Of a stretch of DNA of 64,000 nucleotides, positions 34,431 through 47,802 are shown piece after piece. Positions within the stretch are counted from its first letter, which is position 1. Every line of letters begins with the position of its first letter. The position numbers were made by a program, and so were the translations under genes. The stretch is from Mantamonas sphyraenae STR306. Its lineage: Eukaryota; Protista; CRuMs. The notes under the pieces were generated by a model. The model saw only the letters and a program-made list of their open reading frames with translations, searched no databases and was not told the DNA's origin. The DNA is taken from positions 558,001 through 622,000 of the forward strand of contig JAPMXV010000029.1 in NCBI GenBank assembly GCA_026936335.1, read 5' to 3'.

Positions 34431-36075
34431 TCAGGCGGCGGCGCACTGGACGGTGTGGCCGCGCATCTCGTCGTCCTCGTCATAGGCGTTGGAGGAAGAG
34501 GAGCTCTGGGACTGGGTCTGCGGGTCGTAGTCAACGTACTCGACCTCGTCGATGTCCACATCATGGTTTTCCAGGGGAGGAGGGACGTACTCAGGGATGT
34601 CCTGGTGGAGCAGACCAGCAAGCTGGGCCTGCTCGTCGGAGCTCAGCGAACCGGGCTCAGGGAACTCCACATCGAACTTGATAAACAGGTTGCCGTGCAT
34701 GTCACGGCGGCCGTTGATGGGCATGCCCTTGCCGAGGACGGTCTTGACATCCCCCGGCTTGATCATCTCGCCTTCCTGCGACTTGACGACGATGTAGGAG
34801 CCATCGAGGTGTTGCACGTTGAACTTGAAGCCCGTGAGAGCCTCGGTCAGCGTAATCTTCTGCTCCATGATGAGGTGGTCCTTCTGGCGCACAAAGGTTT
34901 CGTGCTCCTTCTGCTGGATGATCACCACGACGTCTCCCGGATCGGCCTCGGGATGGCGGTCGGCCTCGCCCTCAAACTTGATGCGAGAGCCATCACGGGC
35001 ACCTGGCTTGACGTTGACGGTGAGCACCTTGCGCTCGGGCACCAGCTTCTTGCCCATGCAGCTCTGGCACTTCTTGCTCTCGTCGACAATCTCACCGGTT
35101 GCGTTACAGGTCTCGCAACGCACCTGGTACTGAGTGTACGAAAACTGACCCTGACGCTGGGTGACAATCTTGATGCCCTGGCCCTGGCACTCGTCGCAGG
35201 TCTGGATGGCCGACGAGTCCGAGGCGCCGACGCCGTTGCACTCTTCGCAGATGGAGTCGCGGTTCACGGCAATCTTCTTGGTGGTGCCCTTGTACAGGTC
35301 CTCCAGCTTGACGCCAAGCGTGTGTCCCATGTCGCGTGTGCGCGGGCGGCGCGAGCGTCCGCCTCCGCCTCCGCCTCCGCCAAAGCCGAACATCTCGAAA
35401 ATGCTGGCCATGTCCTGAGGACCTCCGCCACCGCCCTGCTCCAGGCCGGCCTTGCCGTACTTGTCGTACACGTTGCGTGTCTCCGGGTCGCTCAACACCT
35501 CATACGCGTGCTGGATCTCCTTGAACTGGGGTGCGGGTGAGCGGCGTGCAAAAAAGGGGCCCGAAGGAAGATGTGTGAGTGCGCAATTCCCCCGGTCGCA
35601 CTGTTCGTCGCGCACAGTTCCCTCCTTACCTTTTCAGCAGCCTCGGGCGACGGGTTCTTGTCCGGGTGGTACTTGAGGGCCAACTTGTGGAAAGCCTGTG
35701 TGCACACGAGTGGCGTGGGGCCAGTGCGGGTCAGCGTTGTGCCGCGTGCGGAGTTGCAGCGCAAGGGCCAAAAGGCGGAAAGCGGAAACGGACTGCCACG
35801 GGGAGCGACCACGGGCGTAGACAGGCACACACACACACACCACACGATCCATACGTGCCAGGGCCCATGTGTGCGGCGCATGTGCATTACAGACAAGGCC
35901 TGCACCACTCCGCGATCGCTCGCTGGAACGAGGGCCCGGGAGCCGAGAGGCGGCTCTTGGCCTTTGTTTGCATTTTGGCCGGCCACGGAAAACGGCGTAC
36001 CTTCTTCAGCTTGTTCTGCGCCACCGTGGGCTCAACCTCCAGAAGATCGTAGTATTCAGTCTCCTTCACCGACAT
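34431..36075 (-). CDS. DNAJA: Type I DnaJ (DNAJA/Ydj1) co-chaperone (3 exons)
   Basis: [15 protein letters not shown], CxxCxGxG zinc repeats, C-terminal CaaX (CAAA). Confidence 0.93.
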
Positions 36076-36182
36076 GCTCGATTTTCCTGAAAGGGAATGT
36101 GTGTTTTGTGTGGTTTCGTTTGGGGTGTCTGAAACCGCGGAGCAGGAGCGGCTGCGGCCCCACACGAACCGCCTCGTCCACG

Positions 36183-38265
36183 ATGTCCTCGAGCTCTTCG
36201 TACGGATCCAACAATGACCATCTGATGATTGGTGTCGACCTGCCGGCACCCACCAAGTTGGAGGACGAGCTGCAGTCTGCGCGTCGCGAAGGCTTCGACT
36301 TTGTGTGTGCCCCGCTGGTCCATCCGCGTTACCATCGCACCGTTGTGGGCAAGCACGCCGTGGTGCGTGACGAGCCCTTTACGCGCTCCGACCTCATTAT
36401 GGACTCCAACAGCTGGTCCTGCGTGTACGGCAAGACCAGCGAGTGGCTCCAGCTGGACTCCCCCTACACCCCCGTACGACGCAACGCAGAGGAGGTACGT
36501 CTGCATGCACCTTTCCCCATGCCTCCACACACAGTTGCTCTCCCATTGGTGCCGTGTCTGTCTCGACAGCGTTGACCTGTGGCTCCCGCGTGCGCCAAAG
36601 GGAGCCCACGCATGCGTCGCCGGACTGGCCAGCCACGCAGCCCGCTCACACGGAAGGCCACGTTGCACTCCACTCGCTTTGCCAACAGGTGTTCAAGCAG
36701 GAGGTTGCATGGGCGTCCCATCTGTCGCTGACGTCTTTGATCACACCGACGCCCGGATACGCGGCGTCGAACTACGCACGGCTGTGCAACAGCCTGTTGT
36801 CTTCGGCCAGCTACCTCACCTTCCTGGTGACCATTCCTCTGAGTGCACCCACGACTGCAGACGATGCCCAGTATGAGGCCAAGAACATGTCTGCAGAGGA
36901 GCAGGAACAGCTGGAGGTGCAGCGTGACCCGTGGCAGTGGTGGAACAATCTGCGCACCCAGTGCGAACACAACGCAGGCCTGGGCGTGGCCCTGAAGCTC
37001 ACGGCCGACCTGCCGCCGCGCCAGGAGTTGGAGCGTTGGTACGGTGAGCCCGTGAAGCTTGTCATTGTGCCCATGGACATCTTTCTGACCAACCGCAACG
37101 GCTACCCCGTGCTGAGCAAGAAACACCAGACCCTGGTGCTAAACCTCTTCCGCTACAACGTCCAGTTTGTGCTCAGCGGCGTGCCCCAGCACTCGGCCGG
37201 CGTCACCCCGTACCAGCAGTACCTTTCCTTCCTGTACGACAAGCTGCCGCCCCTCAGCGACCAGGAGGCCTTTGAGGAGCCCTACCACGACTACCTGCAG
37301 ATGCCCCTGCAGCCCCTCATGGACAACCTCGAGTCGCAAACCTACGAGACGTTTGAGAAGGATCCGGTCAAGTATGCGCAGTACGAGGAGGCGTGTACCA
37401 GGCACTCCTGCAGAGGCACACGCGGGACCAGGATGTGGTGCTTATGGTGGTGGGTGCTGGCCGTGGTCCGCTCGTGCGTGCGTCACTGCGTGCAGCCAAG
37501 CGGGCCAACCATGACCGTCTGACGGTGTGGGCCGTGGAGAAGAACCCCAACGCCATTGTCACGCTCCGCAACATGAAGGCCTCTCTGGGCTGGGGCGACA
37601 AGGTGACCATTGTGGCCAGCGACATGCGTGAGTGGGATGCCCCCTGCAAGGCAGACATCCTTGTCAGCGAACTGCTGGGTTCGTGGGGTGACAACGAGCT
37701 GTCGCCCGAGTGTCTGGACGGCGCTCAGTCCTTCCTCAAGAAGGATGGCATCAGCATCCCGTGCGATTACACCTCGTACTTGGCACCCATGAGTTCATCG
37801 AAGCTGTACAACGAATGCAAGCTGCACAACGAGCGCAAGCACTTTGAGACGCCGTACGTGGTCAAGTTCCACAACGCCGACGTGTTGGCCGAACCTCAGG
37901 CGTGCTTTACGTTTGAGCATCCCAACTGGAGCGAAGTGATTGACAACACCCGCTACGCCAGCTTCGAGTTTACGGTGGACAAGGCCTCCACAATCCATGG
38001 CTTTGCCGGATACTTTGAGTCCACCCTGTTTGACGACGTCATTATCAGCATCCTGCCGCGCACGTTTAGCACAGGCATGTTTTCCTGGTTTCCCCTCTTT
38101 ATTCCCATCGAGGAGCCAGTGTATGTGGAGAAGGGAGGCAAGGTGGAAGTGCACGTCTGGCGCTGCGTCACCTCGAAAAAGGTGTGGTACGAGTGGAGCA
38201 TGACCAAACCCCAGGTCACACGCATCCACAACCCCAACGGTCGTTCGTACTGGATTGGATTGTGA
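36183..38265 (+). CDS. PRMT5: Protein arginine methyltransferase 5 (intron ~36495-36688; apparent frameshift at ~37393)
   Basis: [60 protein letters not shown]. Confidence 0.93.
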
Positions 38266-38362
38266 GTTAGCTGTGTTGCACATCAACCGTTCAATGAAGA
38301 ACAGCCAACCCTGCGCGACTTCCGCCACCGTTTCTGTTCACCCCCGTTTTTCCCCACACAAA

Positions 38363-39541
38363 ATGGCACAGCAGGCTTCGCGCTCGATTTTTGTGGGCAA
38401 CATTGCACACGAAGCCAGCGAGGAGATGTTGGTGGAGTTGTTGAGCGAGGTGGGCACGGTGGTGAAGTTTCACATCCCCAGGGACAAGAAAACGGGCGAG
38501 CGACGAGGGTACGGCTTTTGCCACTACGTGGATGTACAGACGGCGCAGAGTGCTGTGCGCAATCTCAACGGGCGCGACTTTATGGGCCGCTCGCTGACGG
38601 TGAACTTTGCCCAGTCGGAGATGAGTTCGGGCAGCGGCTTGGCGTCGTCGGGCAACGACATGGCCTTGGGTAGGTGACGTGGGAGGCGCCAAGGGCACAG
38701 AGCACATGCAAATGGGGTACACGCACGCGTAGGATGCGTGTGCGTATGTGTGACCCACTGTGCTGGCGCAAGAAGGGCCCGAGAACGCACGAGAGCATGC
38801 TGACACAACCGGCGGCGCGTGCACACACACAGAGGGAGCCCCGTTGCAACCAAACACACCCATGTACCGTCCACCGAGTCTGGAGGTAAGTGTGCGGAAA
38901 GGGTTTGGGAGCTGGAGAAAGAGAGCGTGCGGCTGTGGGACGCAGGGAAGCGATGGCGCGAGAGGGCCGCGGCATGGTTCACGGCTGACACATGCGGAGG
39001 AATGGCCATCCGTACCGTCTTCGTACCACAGGCGGCGATCCAACCAATGGACCAGATTTCGATGCAGACCGGCGCCATGTCGGAGACACAGATGAAGGAG
39101 GTGCTTGCAGACATGAAAGGGATGATCGAAACCAACCCGGACGACGCACGACAGCTGCTGATTAACAACCCGCAGCTTGCTGTGTCACTGTTCAACGCAC
39201 AGATGAGCTTGGGTTTGGTGAACACCCTGCCCCAATCCTTCCAGGAACACATGAGCGAGCAGCAGAACGACGACGGCACAACAAGCACGAGCTCGAGCAG
39301 CAGCTCGGGGTCAGGTGGTCAGAGCAACTCGAGCATGGATGTGGAAGGAGCTGGTGGAGAGCAACAGATTCAGGAGCAGAACAAGCAAGAACAGATGATG
39401 GCAAACATGGGCATGGATGCAGGCAACGACACACAGAGTGCCATTCAGGCCGTGCTGTCGCTCACACCGGAGCAGGTGGATGCGCTTGCACCTGAGTACA
39501 GGGAGCAAGTGCTTGCACTGCGTGCGCAAATGGGCATGTGA
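38363..39541 (+). CDS. CSTF2: Cleavage stimulation factor 64 kDa / Rna15 (RRM + hinge + C-terminal domain)
   Basis: SIFVGNI, RGYGFCHY, SAVRNLNG, NPDDARQLLINNPQLA, VLSLTPEQVDALAP..REQVLALR. Confidence 0.88.
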
Positions 39542-39639
39542 GGAGGTGATGGGGATTGAGGACGGACAATGCATGATGGTTCCCGAACTTTGGTTCCCCG
39601 AACTGAACTCTCTGTACACACACCACTGCCCAACTCTCA

Positions 39640-41925
39640 TCAAGATGTATCCACGTCACCACGCATGCGAATGGACACAGTTGTTTCGCTCAGCGGGGCG
39701 ATGTCGTCGAGCAGGCGGCCGAGGATGCCGCGGTAGATCTCGGTGGCGTGGCGCATGGTGTTGTACTCTTTGCGCGCGGCAGCCACCTGCTTGTCTTCAA
39801 ACTTGTGTTGTGCTTGTCGAGTGAGGCCGGCAAACATCGAGTCGGCGACAGAGGCCGAGGATTGAACGACGGCGATTGCGTCGAGGAGCTCGTCGACCAC
39901 GGTTTCAGTCTCAAACCCGCGTGCGGCCCCAGCCAGCTTGGCATACATCTTGAGCAGACGACGTCGTTTCTGTTTGCGAGCCAGGGCCTCCTTCATCTGC
40001 CTCGTGCTGTCGCTATCCTCGCTGCCGTCCACACCTCCCTCGGGATCCACAGTGATGCGTTTGACGTCGTCTTGGTCCACGCTTACCTGCAGTTGGCCGT
40101 CGTCGTGGCCTTCCTCCAACAGCAGTTCTCTACGTGCATCCTCGTTCATGGCACGCACGTCCTCTTCGAGCTTGTCCAGGTGCAAGGCGAGCTCGTCGAG
40201 CATTTCCTCGGTGCTGAGATCGTCGCGGAGCACTATGTTCAGGTAGTTCTGTCTGTGAATGTCGTGCGTGGAGTGATGATGTCCACGCTTGGTGCGCTGC
40301 AACTCGGCACGTGCGCGAGCGCCTCGTCCACGTGGACCGTTGCCGCCTTTTGCGTCAGACTGGATCTCCTCTGCGTCCTCGTGTGCAATTACATCCTCTT
40401 CACTGCTGGAACGTTGCTCTTTGGCTTTTGTGCTTGCTTGGATGCGTGTGTTGTTCGCTTCTGGGTCGCGGAAGGATATGTCGGTGATGAGGATGTCGCT
40501 GGTGCCTTGGGAGCAGACAAAGTAGTGCAAGTTGGTGCCTGTGCTGGAAGGCACCACGCGAATGGTTTTTTCCAAGCTCTCTTCCATGCGCAGGGAGCGG
40601 ATGAGTTTGCGGCCAATTTTGCGTCGGACGTTGTAGGAAAAGACGCCCGCTGACTCGAACGGAAGCAGGGTAGACGACGAAGATGACGATGACGATGATT
40701 TGGAGCTGCTTTCCAGGCGCATGAGATTGTTGGATAAATAGGGGACCTGGAGGAAGGAAACGTCTACGCCTGCATCGAGGCTGCTGCTGCGGTACTCGAC
40801 GACAAGGCGGATTTCGCCGACAGTCATGGATTGGCCCGTGTATGTGTAGGCTGGAGGAACGAGGAGCTGGCCGTGGAGGAGGACCCCAGCATCGCCTTTG
40901 GTTGCACAGCACCGGGCGCCGTCAAAGAGGTCGGCTGGGTCTAGGGCTATGGAGAGGTCTGTGTATGGGGTGATAAAGGTGGTGTTGTCGCCCAGGAGCA
41001 CTTCTGGGTCACGATTGTCGATCCAGAATTGGTAGGAGCGGCGGGAAAGAAAGGCCAGCGGGAAGCCTGTGCGTTCCAGGACCATGAGCAGGCGCACAGC
41101 CACGGTTTGCAACCTGGACGAGTGTGCGTCGCCAGTGCCGAGGAGATACAATTCAATGGGCAGCAGAGACATGTCGATGAGGTCATGATCGAGGGCAAAG
41201 CGGAGAACGCGAAGCAACCGGAGATCAAGGGTGACCAGATCGACAAAGAGGGCAAAGGAGAGATGCCGGGTGACCGGATGGCTGGCTTCAGTAGCCATAT
41301 GCACGAGCCAACTCAGCACGAGCTCACAGTCGGCCTTGGAGAGGGTGTCTGGTAAGGGCAGGTGGCCGTTGACAAACTCGAGGGTCTGAGTGTGGGTACG
41401 TACGTGTGGTGAAGGGTGTGAGTGAGCGTATGTTGGGCATTGCTGTTGTTGTTGTTGTTGTGTGTGTGTGTATGTAAGATGGGAACGCACCTGGGCACGC
41501 TGTTCGCTCTGGTGAAGAAGGATGGCAGGAGTGACCTTTGCTGGACGGCGAGCACGCAACTGACTGCGCATGGACTGGATGCAGGCAATCCACTTGTTGG
41601 TTTTGCGAGAGGACGAATAGGAAGAGGAGTTGCGTGAGCGTGAGGCGGAGGCCGAGTGATAGCGACCCTTGCGTTTAGAGGCGCCTTCGGCAAGGTGGCC
41701 TCCGTGCCAGCGTCGGGCGACTGTTTCTGCTTGCTTCTCCTTCCATTGGAGGGAGCTGCCCAGGCGGTGAGGAGAAGAGCGTGACGAGGCTGAGGCGGTG
41801 GAAGGGCGACTGGAATGGACGCCGTGGGTGTCGTGAAGGAGGGAAAGAGTTCCGATGCTGAGGCTGCTCAGCGAGCGTTTGCCCTGGTTGCCTGACGACG
41901 GGTCTGGCGGAGCAAGGGACTGCAT
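39640..41925 (-). CDS. Hypothetical protein (probably with an in-frame intron near 41390-41490)
   Basis: 761-aa ORF with coding-like composition filling the gap between CSTF2 and the acyltransferase; no family recognised. Confidence 0.55.
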   Translation of the reverse strand: MQSLAPPDPSSGNQGKRSLSSLSIGTLSLLHDTHGVHSSRPSTASASSRSSPHRLGSSLQWKEKQAETVARRWHGGHLAEGASKRKGRYHSASASRSRNSSSYSSSRKTNKWIACIQSMRSQLRARRPAKVTPAILLHQSEQRAQVRSHLTYTHTQQQQQQQCPTYAHSHPSPHVRTHTQTLEFVNGHLPLPDTLSKADCELVLSWLVHMATEASHPVTRHLSFALFVDLVTLDLRLLRVLRFALDHDLIDMSLLPIELYLLGTGDAHSSRLQTVAVRLLMVLERTGFPLAFLSRRSYQFWIDNRDPEVLLGDNTTFITPYTDLSIALDPADLFDGARCCATKGDAGVLLHGQLLVPPAYTYTGQSMTVGEIRLVVEYRSSSLDAGVDVSFLQVPYLSNNLMRLESSSKSSSSSSSSSTLLPFESAGVFSYNVRRKIGRKLIRSLRMEESLEKTIRVVPSSTGTNLHYFVCSQGTSDILITDISFRDPEANNTRIQASTKAKEQRSSSEEDVIAHEDAEEIQSDAKGGNGPRGRGARARAELQRTKRGHHHSTHDIHRQNYLNIVLRDDLSTEEMLDELALHLDKLEEDVRAMNEDARRELLLEEGHDDGQLQVSVDQDDVKRITVDPEGGVDGSEDSDSTRQMKEALARKQKRRRLLKMYAKLAGAARGFETETVVDELLDAIAVVQSSASVADSMFAGLTRQAQHKFEDKQVAAARKEYNTMRHATEIYRGILGRLLDDIAPLSETTVSIRMRGDVDTS

Positions 41926-42040
41926 GAAGCACGCAACGAGCAGACGGGAAGGGGAATCGTGATGATCACGGGACGGGAGTGCGTGGTGGGCAGAAAAAGA
42001 AGAAGGAGTGGGTGGGTGAGCGGCCTTGCAGACAAGCTAA

Positions 42041-43202
42041 ATGAGCACAACGGAGTCGACAACCAAGCTGCGCCCGCGCCAGAAGCAGGTGATTGTGGAA
42101 GACACGGAGGAGCACGACGAGGTGCCCAACGTGCCCGTGAAGCAGGTGAAGCCGAAGAAGAACAAGATCACGCCGACGTTTGTGATGCAGGACGAATTGC
42201 CCGATCTGCCTGTGCCAGACATGGAGCAAACACTGGAGAAGTACGTGGCGTCCGTGCGGCCGCTGCTGACGGACGAAGAGTTTGAGAACACGAAGCGCAT
42301 CGTGGAAGAATTCAAGAAGGAGGGAGGCGTGGGCGAGGAGCTGCAGCAGCTGTTGGAGGACCGAGCGGAGGAGGAGAACGCAGCAGGCAAGAATTGGGTA
42401 AGTTTCGGAGGCCGGCCTCCGAAAAGTGGCAGGCGGCGCACGAGCTAACACGGCGCACACACGCGTTTGCACATGGGCACTTGGCCACTGGATGGCGTGG
42501 GGCCACGCACACAGCTGTACGACTGGTGGTATCAGTACGCATACCATCTGTGGAAAGGTGGGTTGCGTGCTGTGATCGGAAGCGGCGGTGCGGACGTGAT
42601 TTCCCTCCAAAAACCCGTGTTGGCCACGGGAGCTTTTCCCGTACGACTGCAGAGAGGACTGACACGCGCTGCACATGCCCACATGGGTGTTGCAGATCCA
42701 ACGATCATCAACACCAACGTGTTCTTTAGCTTCTACGACCATCCGATGCCGATCACAAACGTGACGCGGCTTTCGTTTGTTGCTCGCGAACTGATGCTGT
42801 GGAAGCAAAAACTGGACCGGGAGGAGGTCGAGGTGGACTTTTTGCGCAACTTCCCCCTGTGTATGGACCAGTACCGTCGCGTGGTGGGCACGACACGCAT
42901 TCCGGACGAGGTGTGCGACTACCTGCGCCTGGAGAAGGAGTCGCGCACGCTGTTGGTGATGCGCAAGGGCCAGTTCTGGATTGTGGAGATTGTGGACAAG
43001 GACGGCGAGGTGCTCCACTATGCTGACCTGCGCAAGTACGTTGTTTCCTGAAGCTGAAATGGCTCAGAGGTCCAGTGGCGGCTGCGCCTGTGCGCGGTTG
43101 CCGAAATGTGGCCGGAGGGGAAATTTCGCGTCTCCTCCCAGCCCAACACAGCGACCAAGACATTGACAGTGGACGGTGATGGGCACTGACACACACGCAC
43201 GT

Positions 43203-43240
<38 letters not shown>

Positions 43241-44466
43241 ACACATGACGGGTACATTACAGCCAGGTGCAGTACATCAAGGATCAGGCAGATGCGACCT
43301 CTGCAATGCTGGAGCCGCAGGTGGGTATGCTTACGACGATGCGTCGTGACGAGTGGGCCCGTGCTCGAGAGTACCTGCAGAACCTGGACGAACGCAACAA
43401 GGAGAACCTGGAGGCGGTGGAAATGACCAACTTTGCCATCTGCCTGGACGACGTGTGGGTGGAGGACAACGACAAAAAGTCGACGCTGGCATTCCACGGA
43501 AACAAGACATGCACGGGCAACCGGTTCTTTGACAAGTGTATGTCGTTTGTGTGCAGCGAGAATGGCAAGATGGGCACAAACGTGGAGCACAGCTGGGGTG
43601 ATGCGGTGGTCCCGTCGTCCATCCTGGAATCGTTTATGCATAGTGCACCGCGCAAGCTGCATGGTCCGGGGTCAAAGAAGTACCGCACTGTGGGCTCAGG
43701 GAAGGAGTTGACACCGCCACGCAAGCTGGAGTGGGTGTTGGACGACAAGATGCTGCACACGATCGACGTGGCGACGGCGGCCGTGTACGATCTCATCGAC
43801 GACTCGCACTATCGCGTGTTGATCTTTGACGAGTTTGGCACCACGTTTATGACACGCAACGCAAAGGTGTCGCCGGACGCATTTGTGCAGATGGCCCTGC
43901 AGTTGGCCTACTACCGGCACTACGGCTACCTCGTGAGCACATACGAGAGCGTGCACACGCGTGCGTTCCGCGGAGGCCGCACAGAGTGTGCGCGCACGTG
44001 CAGCAGCGAAGCACTGACGTTTGTGCAGACTATGGAAGACAAGTGGGCCAGCAAGCAGGACAAGGCCAAGGCGTTGTCGGTAGCATGCAAGGCACACGTG
44101 GGGCGCCTGATGGACGGTCTGCGTGGCCAGGGAATCGACAGGCACCTGCTGGGCTGGCGTGTGGCAGCCTATGAGAATGGGGTGGATGAGCCCGAGCTGT
44201 TTACGGACAAGGGATACCGTGCGTCGTCGTGCTGGACACTGTCAACGTCGCAAGCACCCACGCTGTCGTTGGCCTGGGGTGGCTTTGGCCCCACAACGGA
44301 CGACGGCATTGGTGTCAACTACCAACTGCACCGTGAAGTGTGCACTTTGTCCATCACCACCAAGACGCGCAACACGCACATCGACGCGTCCACTTTCCGC
44401 AGCCTGGTCTTTGACGCCCTCATGGATATGTCCAAGCTGTACAACAAGCTGCCCCCCAAGCTTTGA
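42041..44466 (+). CDS. Choline/carnitine O-acyltransferase family (multi-exon)
   Basis: LPDLPVPDMEQTLEKY, NRFFDK, EHSWGDAV (catalytic His), TYESVHTRAFRGGRTE, GQGIDRHL. Confidence 0.92.
43203..43238. repeat. (CA)n microsatellite (intronic)
   Basis: Uninterrupted ca run. Confidence 0.95.
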
Positions 44467-44568
44467 GTGGTCGCAAAACCTGGACGAGGAGGCAGAGGAG
44501 AGAGAAGCGACACAGAATGGACAGAGAGCAGAGCGGCAAGCGTTTGCTTCGCCAGCGAAACAAACGTC

Positions 44569-45275
44569 ATGTCGTTGACCCCGTTGGAATCCATTGTGAT
44601 GGGCAGCAAGTCGCTGAAGGGCATCTTCAGCCGCTTTGCTGCTGGCTACACCGAGCGCATGGGCTACCAGAAGTACGGTGAGTTTGCAGACGTGGGAGGA
44701 GGGTGACCGAGCGCGCGCGGCTTGGGCACGCATGCTCGGACGGCCAACGGACGCAGCTGCGTCGCGCGGAGGGATTGGAACCCACGTGCGGCTTGTGTAC
44801 GGCAGCGGAACATATGAGTGCATGTGTGCGCAATGTGCGAGTGCGCATACACAAACGTATTCGCCGCGGAGCGAGTGTCGGAGGCCAGGTTTGGAAGGCG
44901 GCCGAAGGAACGATTTCCCCTCTCTGGATTTTCCGAGCCGGCCCAGCGCAATGACAGGGGCAGGGAGACGGGAGGAACTGCAAGTGACTGACACGGTAGC
45001 ACGTTGCATCGGTGGGTATGTGCGCAGGCCTGTGGCTGGAGGACATCTACAACGAGTTTGAGCCGGAGAACGAGGCGGCCATCAAGCGCCTGGACCCTGA
45101 GACGGCCGATGCACGCCAGCAGCGCGTGAGCCGAGCCTTCCTGCTCAACACCCAGAAGAAGATCTTGCCGCAGTCCGAGTGGACCAAGAGCGAGGAGGAG
45201 AAGGTGTACCTGCAACCCCTGGCGGACGAGTGGGCAAAGGAGCAGGAGGAGCGGGCCTCGCACAACCTGGAATGA
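44569..45275 (+). CDS. QCR7: Cytochrome bc1 subunit 7 (QCR7/UQCRB), 2 exons
   Basis: GYQKYG|LWLEDI...AIKRL....DARQQRVSRA...KKILPQSEWTK....YLQP. Confidence 0.88.
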
Positions 45276-45312
45276 ATTGGAACACACGTCAACAAAACAC
45301 TCTCATTATCCA

Positions 45313-46346
45313 TTACTCCTTTTGTGTGCCCCCCACGTTGTCGCTGCTGTTACTACTGCTACTGCTGCTGCTGCTGGAGGCGTTGATTGTGCGCAGAGGC
45401 ACGTAGTTTGGCAACTGCTCGATGATGGCGGTAAAGTCGTCCAGGACGTTCTTGTCCTTGAAGCCGGCCTTTCCTGTGATCCAGTTCTTGTACATGGCCA
45501 TCTGGCGCTTGGTGATGTCGTGGATCTCCTCAAAGGAGATGTTGAGCTCCGAAAGCCAGTCGGAGAGGTCTTTGTTGACCAGCATGCCAGCCATGAAAAT
45601 ACACGCAAGAGCAACCATGTAGGGTGGATACAGTAGACTGACGTGGGTGCGATACGAGTCGTTGACGAGGGTCCAGCACGGCTTGAGAAGATCCTCGGTG
45701 AGTTGCCGGTCCTCCAGATACTTGATGATGGACAGGTAGGGTTTGAATACAATGAGCTTAAAGTCCAGCTCGTTAAGGATGTAGGCCTCGCACTGAGCGA
45801 GGTCTGCGCTCTCGTAGGGAAAGGCAATGAGGCGCAGTTCCTCTGAGCGTGGGTGTGCGAGCCGGGTGGTGTGAGTGGGACCGAGACATATTGCTCACCG
45901 CCGATGATGGCCTCTTACCATGGTTGGAAAAGGCCTCCAGGATGCGCTTGGTTTTGATGTCACTCTCTTCCACCTTGGCCGCGAGGAAGAGGCAAGAGGC
46001 GGCGACAAGAACCGGATCAAAGTCGCGCAAGGAGGTGCTTGCGTAGAAGCGCTTGAAGTAGACGGCGGCTGTGGCGACTACCACGTGGCGCAAAGCAGTG
46101 TACTCTGCTGCCAGCCGCATGATATTGACACTGTGGATGTGAAGGCGAGAGAGCGCGTCGACGCCGAGCGACTCTTTGTCGTCAGGATGGTACAGGTTGT
46201 CCTCATTGAACTCGGCGATCCATTGGCTGGAGGGAAACGACACGTATGCACCAGTAGGCGGGGTCAGCAAGGGGAAAGATGGGGGGTGGGCCGGAGGTGA
46301 TCTGGCTGACGTACGCGTTGGTGGAGGCCCAGAAGTTGGCTGCCAT
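45313..46346 (-). CDS. CCNC: Cyclin C (multi-exon)
   Basis: [51 protein letters not shown]. Confidence 0.88.
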
Positions 46347-46437
46347 GCCCAGTTGCGCTGTCTCTTCCAGCGCAACCCACATCCACAGAGTACCCAGAGC
46401 ACAACGCGCGCGCACACACACACACACACACAGCAAG

Positions 46438-47766
46438 ATGTCATCACGAAAGCAACTGACAGCGGAGGATTTGGACGCGGACATGGAGGCGTACCGGCGA
46501 GGGGAGATTGTGGTACCGGACCGAGGCGGCGGCAAGGAGAGCGTGGCAGTCGAGGGAGAGAACACAGGCAGCAAGGGACACAACGACCTGCTGAGTGGCA
46601 AGGGTGCCGAGTGGAGCACCAACGAAAAGATCAAGGTGGTCAAGTCGTTTGACGAGATGGAGCTGAAGGAGGACCTGCTGCGCGGAATCTATGCGTACGG
46701 GTTCGAGGCACCGTCAGCCATCCAGCAGCGAGCCATCACGCAGATCCTGAGCCAGCGAGACGTGATTGCTCAGGCGCAGAGTGGAACGGGCAAGACGGCG
46801 ACATTTTCCATTGGCGTGCTGCAGAACATCAACACAAAGAGGCGTGAGTCGCAGGCGCTGATTCTCTCGCCGACGCGGGAGCTGGCCACACAGATCCAAA
46901 AGGTGGTCAAGGCCCTGGGCGACTATCTGAACGTGGACTGCCGCGCGGTGGTGGGTGGCACGTCTGTGGGCCAGGACATTCGGGCGCTGGAAAACGGGGT
47001 GCAGGTTGTGAGCGGGACGCCAGGGCGGGTGTTCGACATGATTCGCAGGCGTGCGTTGAATCCAAAGACAATCAAGATGCTGGTGCTGGACGAGGCGGAC
47101 GAAATGCTGGCAGCCGGTTTCAAGGAGCAGATCTACGACATCTACACGTACCTGCCGGCAGAGGTGCAGATTGTGGTTGTGTCGGCAACCCTGTCGCCCG
47201 AGGTTCTGCAAGTGACGAAGCGCTTCATGACGGACCCAATCAAAATTCTGGTGAAACGAGACGAGCTGACGCTGGACGGCATCAAGCAATTCTTTGTGAA
47301 CGTGGAGAAGGAGGAGTGGAAGTTTGACACTCTGTGCGACCTGTACGACTCGCTGACCATCACACAGGCGGTGATCTTTTGCAACACACGGCGCAAGGTG
47401 GACTGGCTCACAGACAAGATGCGGGAAAACAACTTTACGGTGTCGTCGATGCACGGGGACATGTCGCAGGAGGAGCGCAACAATGTGATGGACGAGTTCC
47501 GCAGCGCAAAGACACGTGTACTGATCACCACGGACATCTGGGCACGCGGCATCGATGTGCAACAGGTGTCACTGGTGATCAATTACGACCTGCCCACTCG
47601 GCGTGAGGTGTACCTGCACCGCATCGGTCGTTCCGGCCGTTTTGGGCGCAAAGGGGTCGCCATCAACTTTGTGCGCAACGAGGATGGCAATGCCTTGCAG
47701 GGAATCGAACAGTATTACGGCATCGTCATTGGCGAGATGCCCATGAACATCGACGGGCTTCTGTGA
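46438..47766 (+). CDS. EIF4A3: DEAD-box helicase eIF4A-III (exon junction complex)
   Basis: [70 protein letters not shown]. Confidence 0.92.
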   Translation: MSSRKQLTAEDLDADMEAYRRGEIVVPDRGGGKESVAVEGENTGSKGHNDLLSGKGAEWSTNEKIKVVKSFDEMELKEDLLRGIYAYGFEAPSAIQQRAITQILSQRDVIAQAQSGTGKTATFSIGVLQNINTKRRESQALILSPTRELATQIQKVVKALGDYLNVDCRAVVGGTSVGQDIRALENGVQVVSGTPGRVFDMIRRRALNPKTIKMLVLDEADEMLAAGFKEQIYDIYTYLPAEVQIVVVSATLSPEVLQVTKRFMTDPIKILVKRDELTLDGIKQFFVNVEKEEWKFDTLCDLYDSLTITQAVIFCNTRRKVDWLTDKMRENNFTVSSMHGDMSQEERNNVMDEFRSAKTRVLITTDIWARGIDVQQVSLVINYDLPTRREVYLHRIGRSGRFGRKGVAINFVRNEDGNALQGIEQYYGIVIGEMPMNIDGLL

Positions 47767-47802
47767 GTGCGCGAGATCGCACGCAACGAAAAAAGCACGA
47801 GA

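Noticed and set aside
34281-35540. 419-aa + strand ORF
   Set aside because: Antisense shadow of DNAJA
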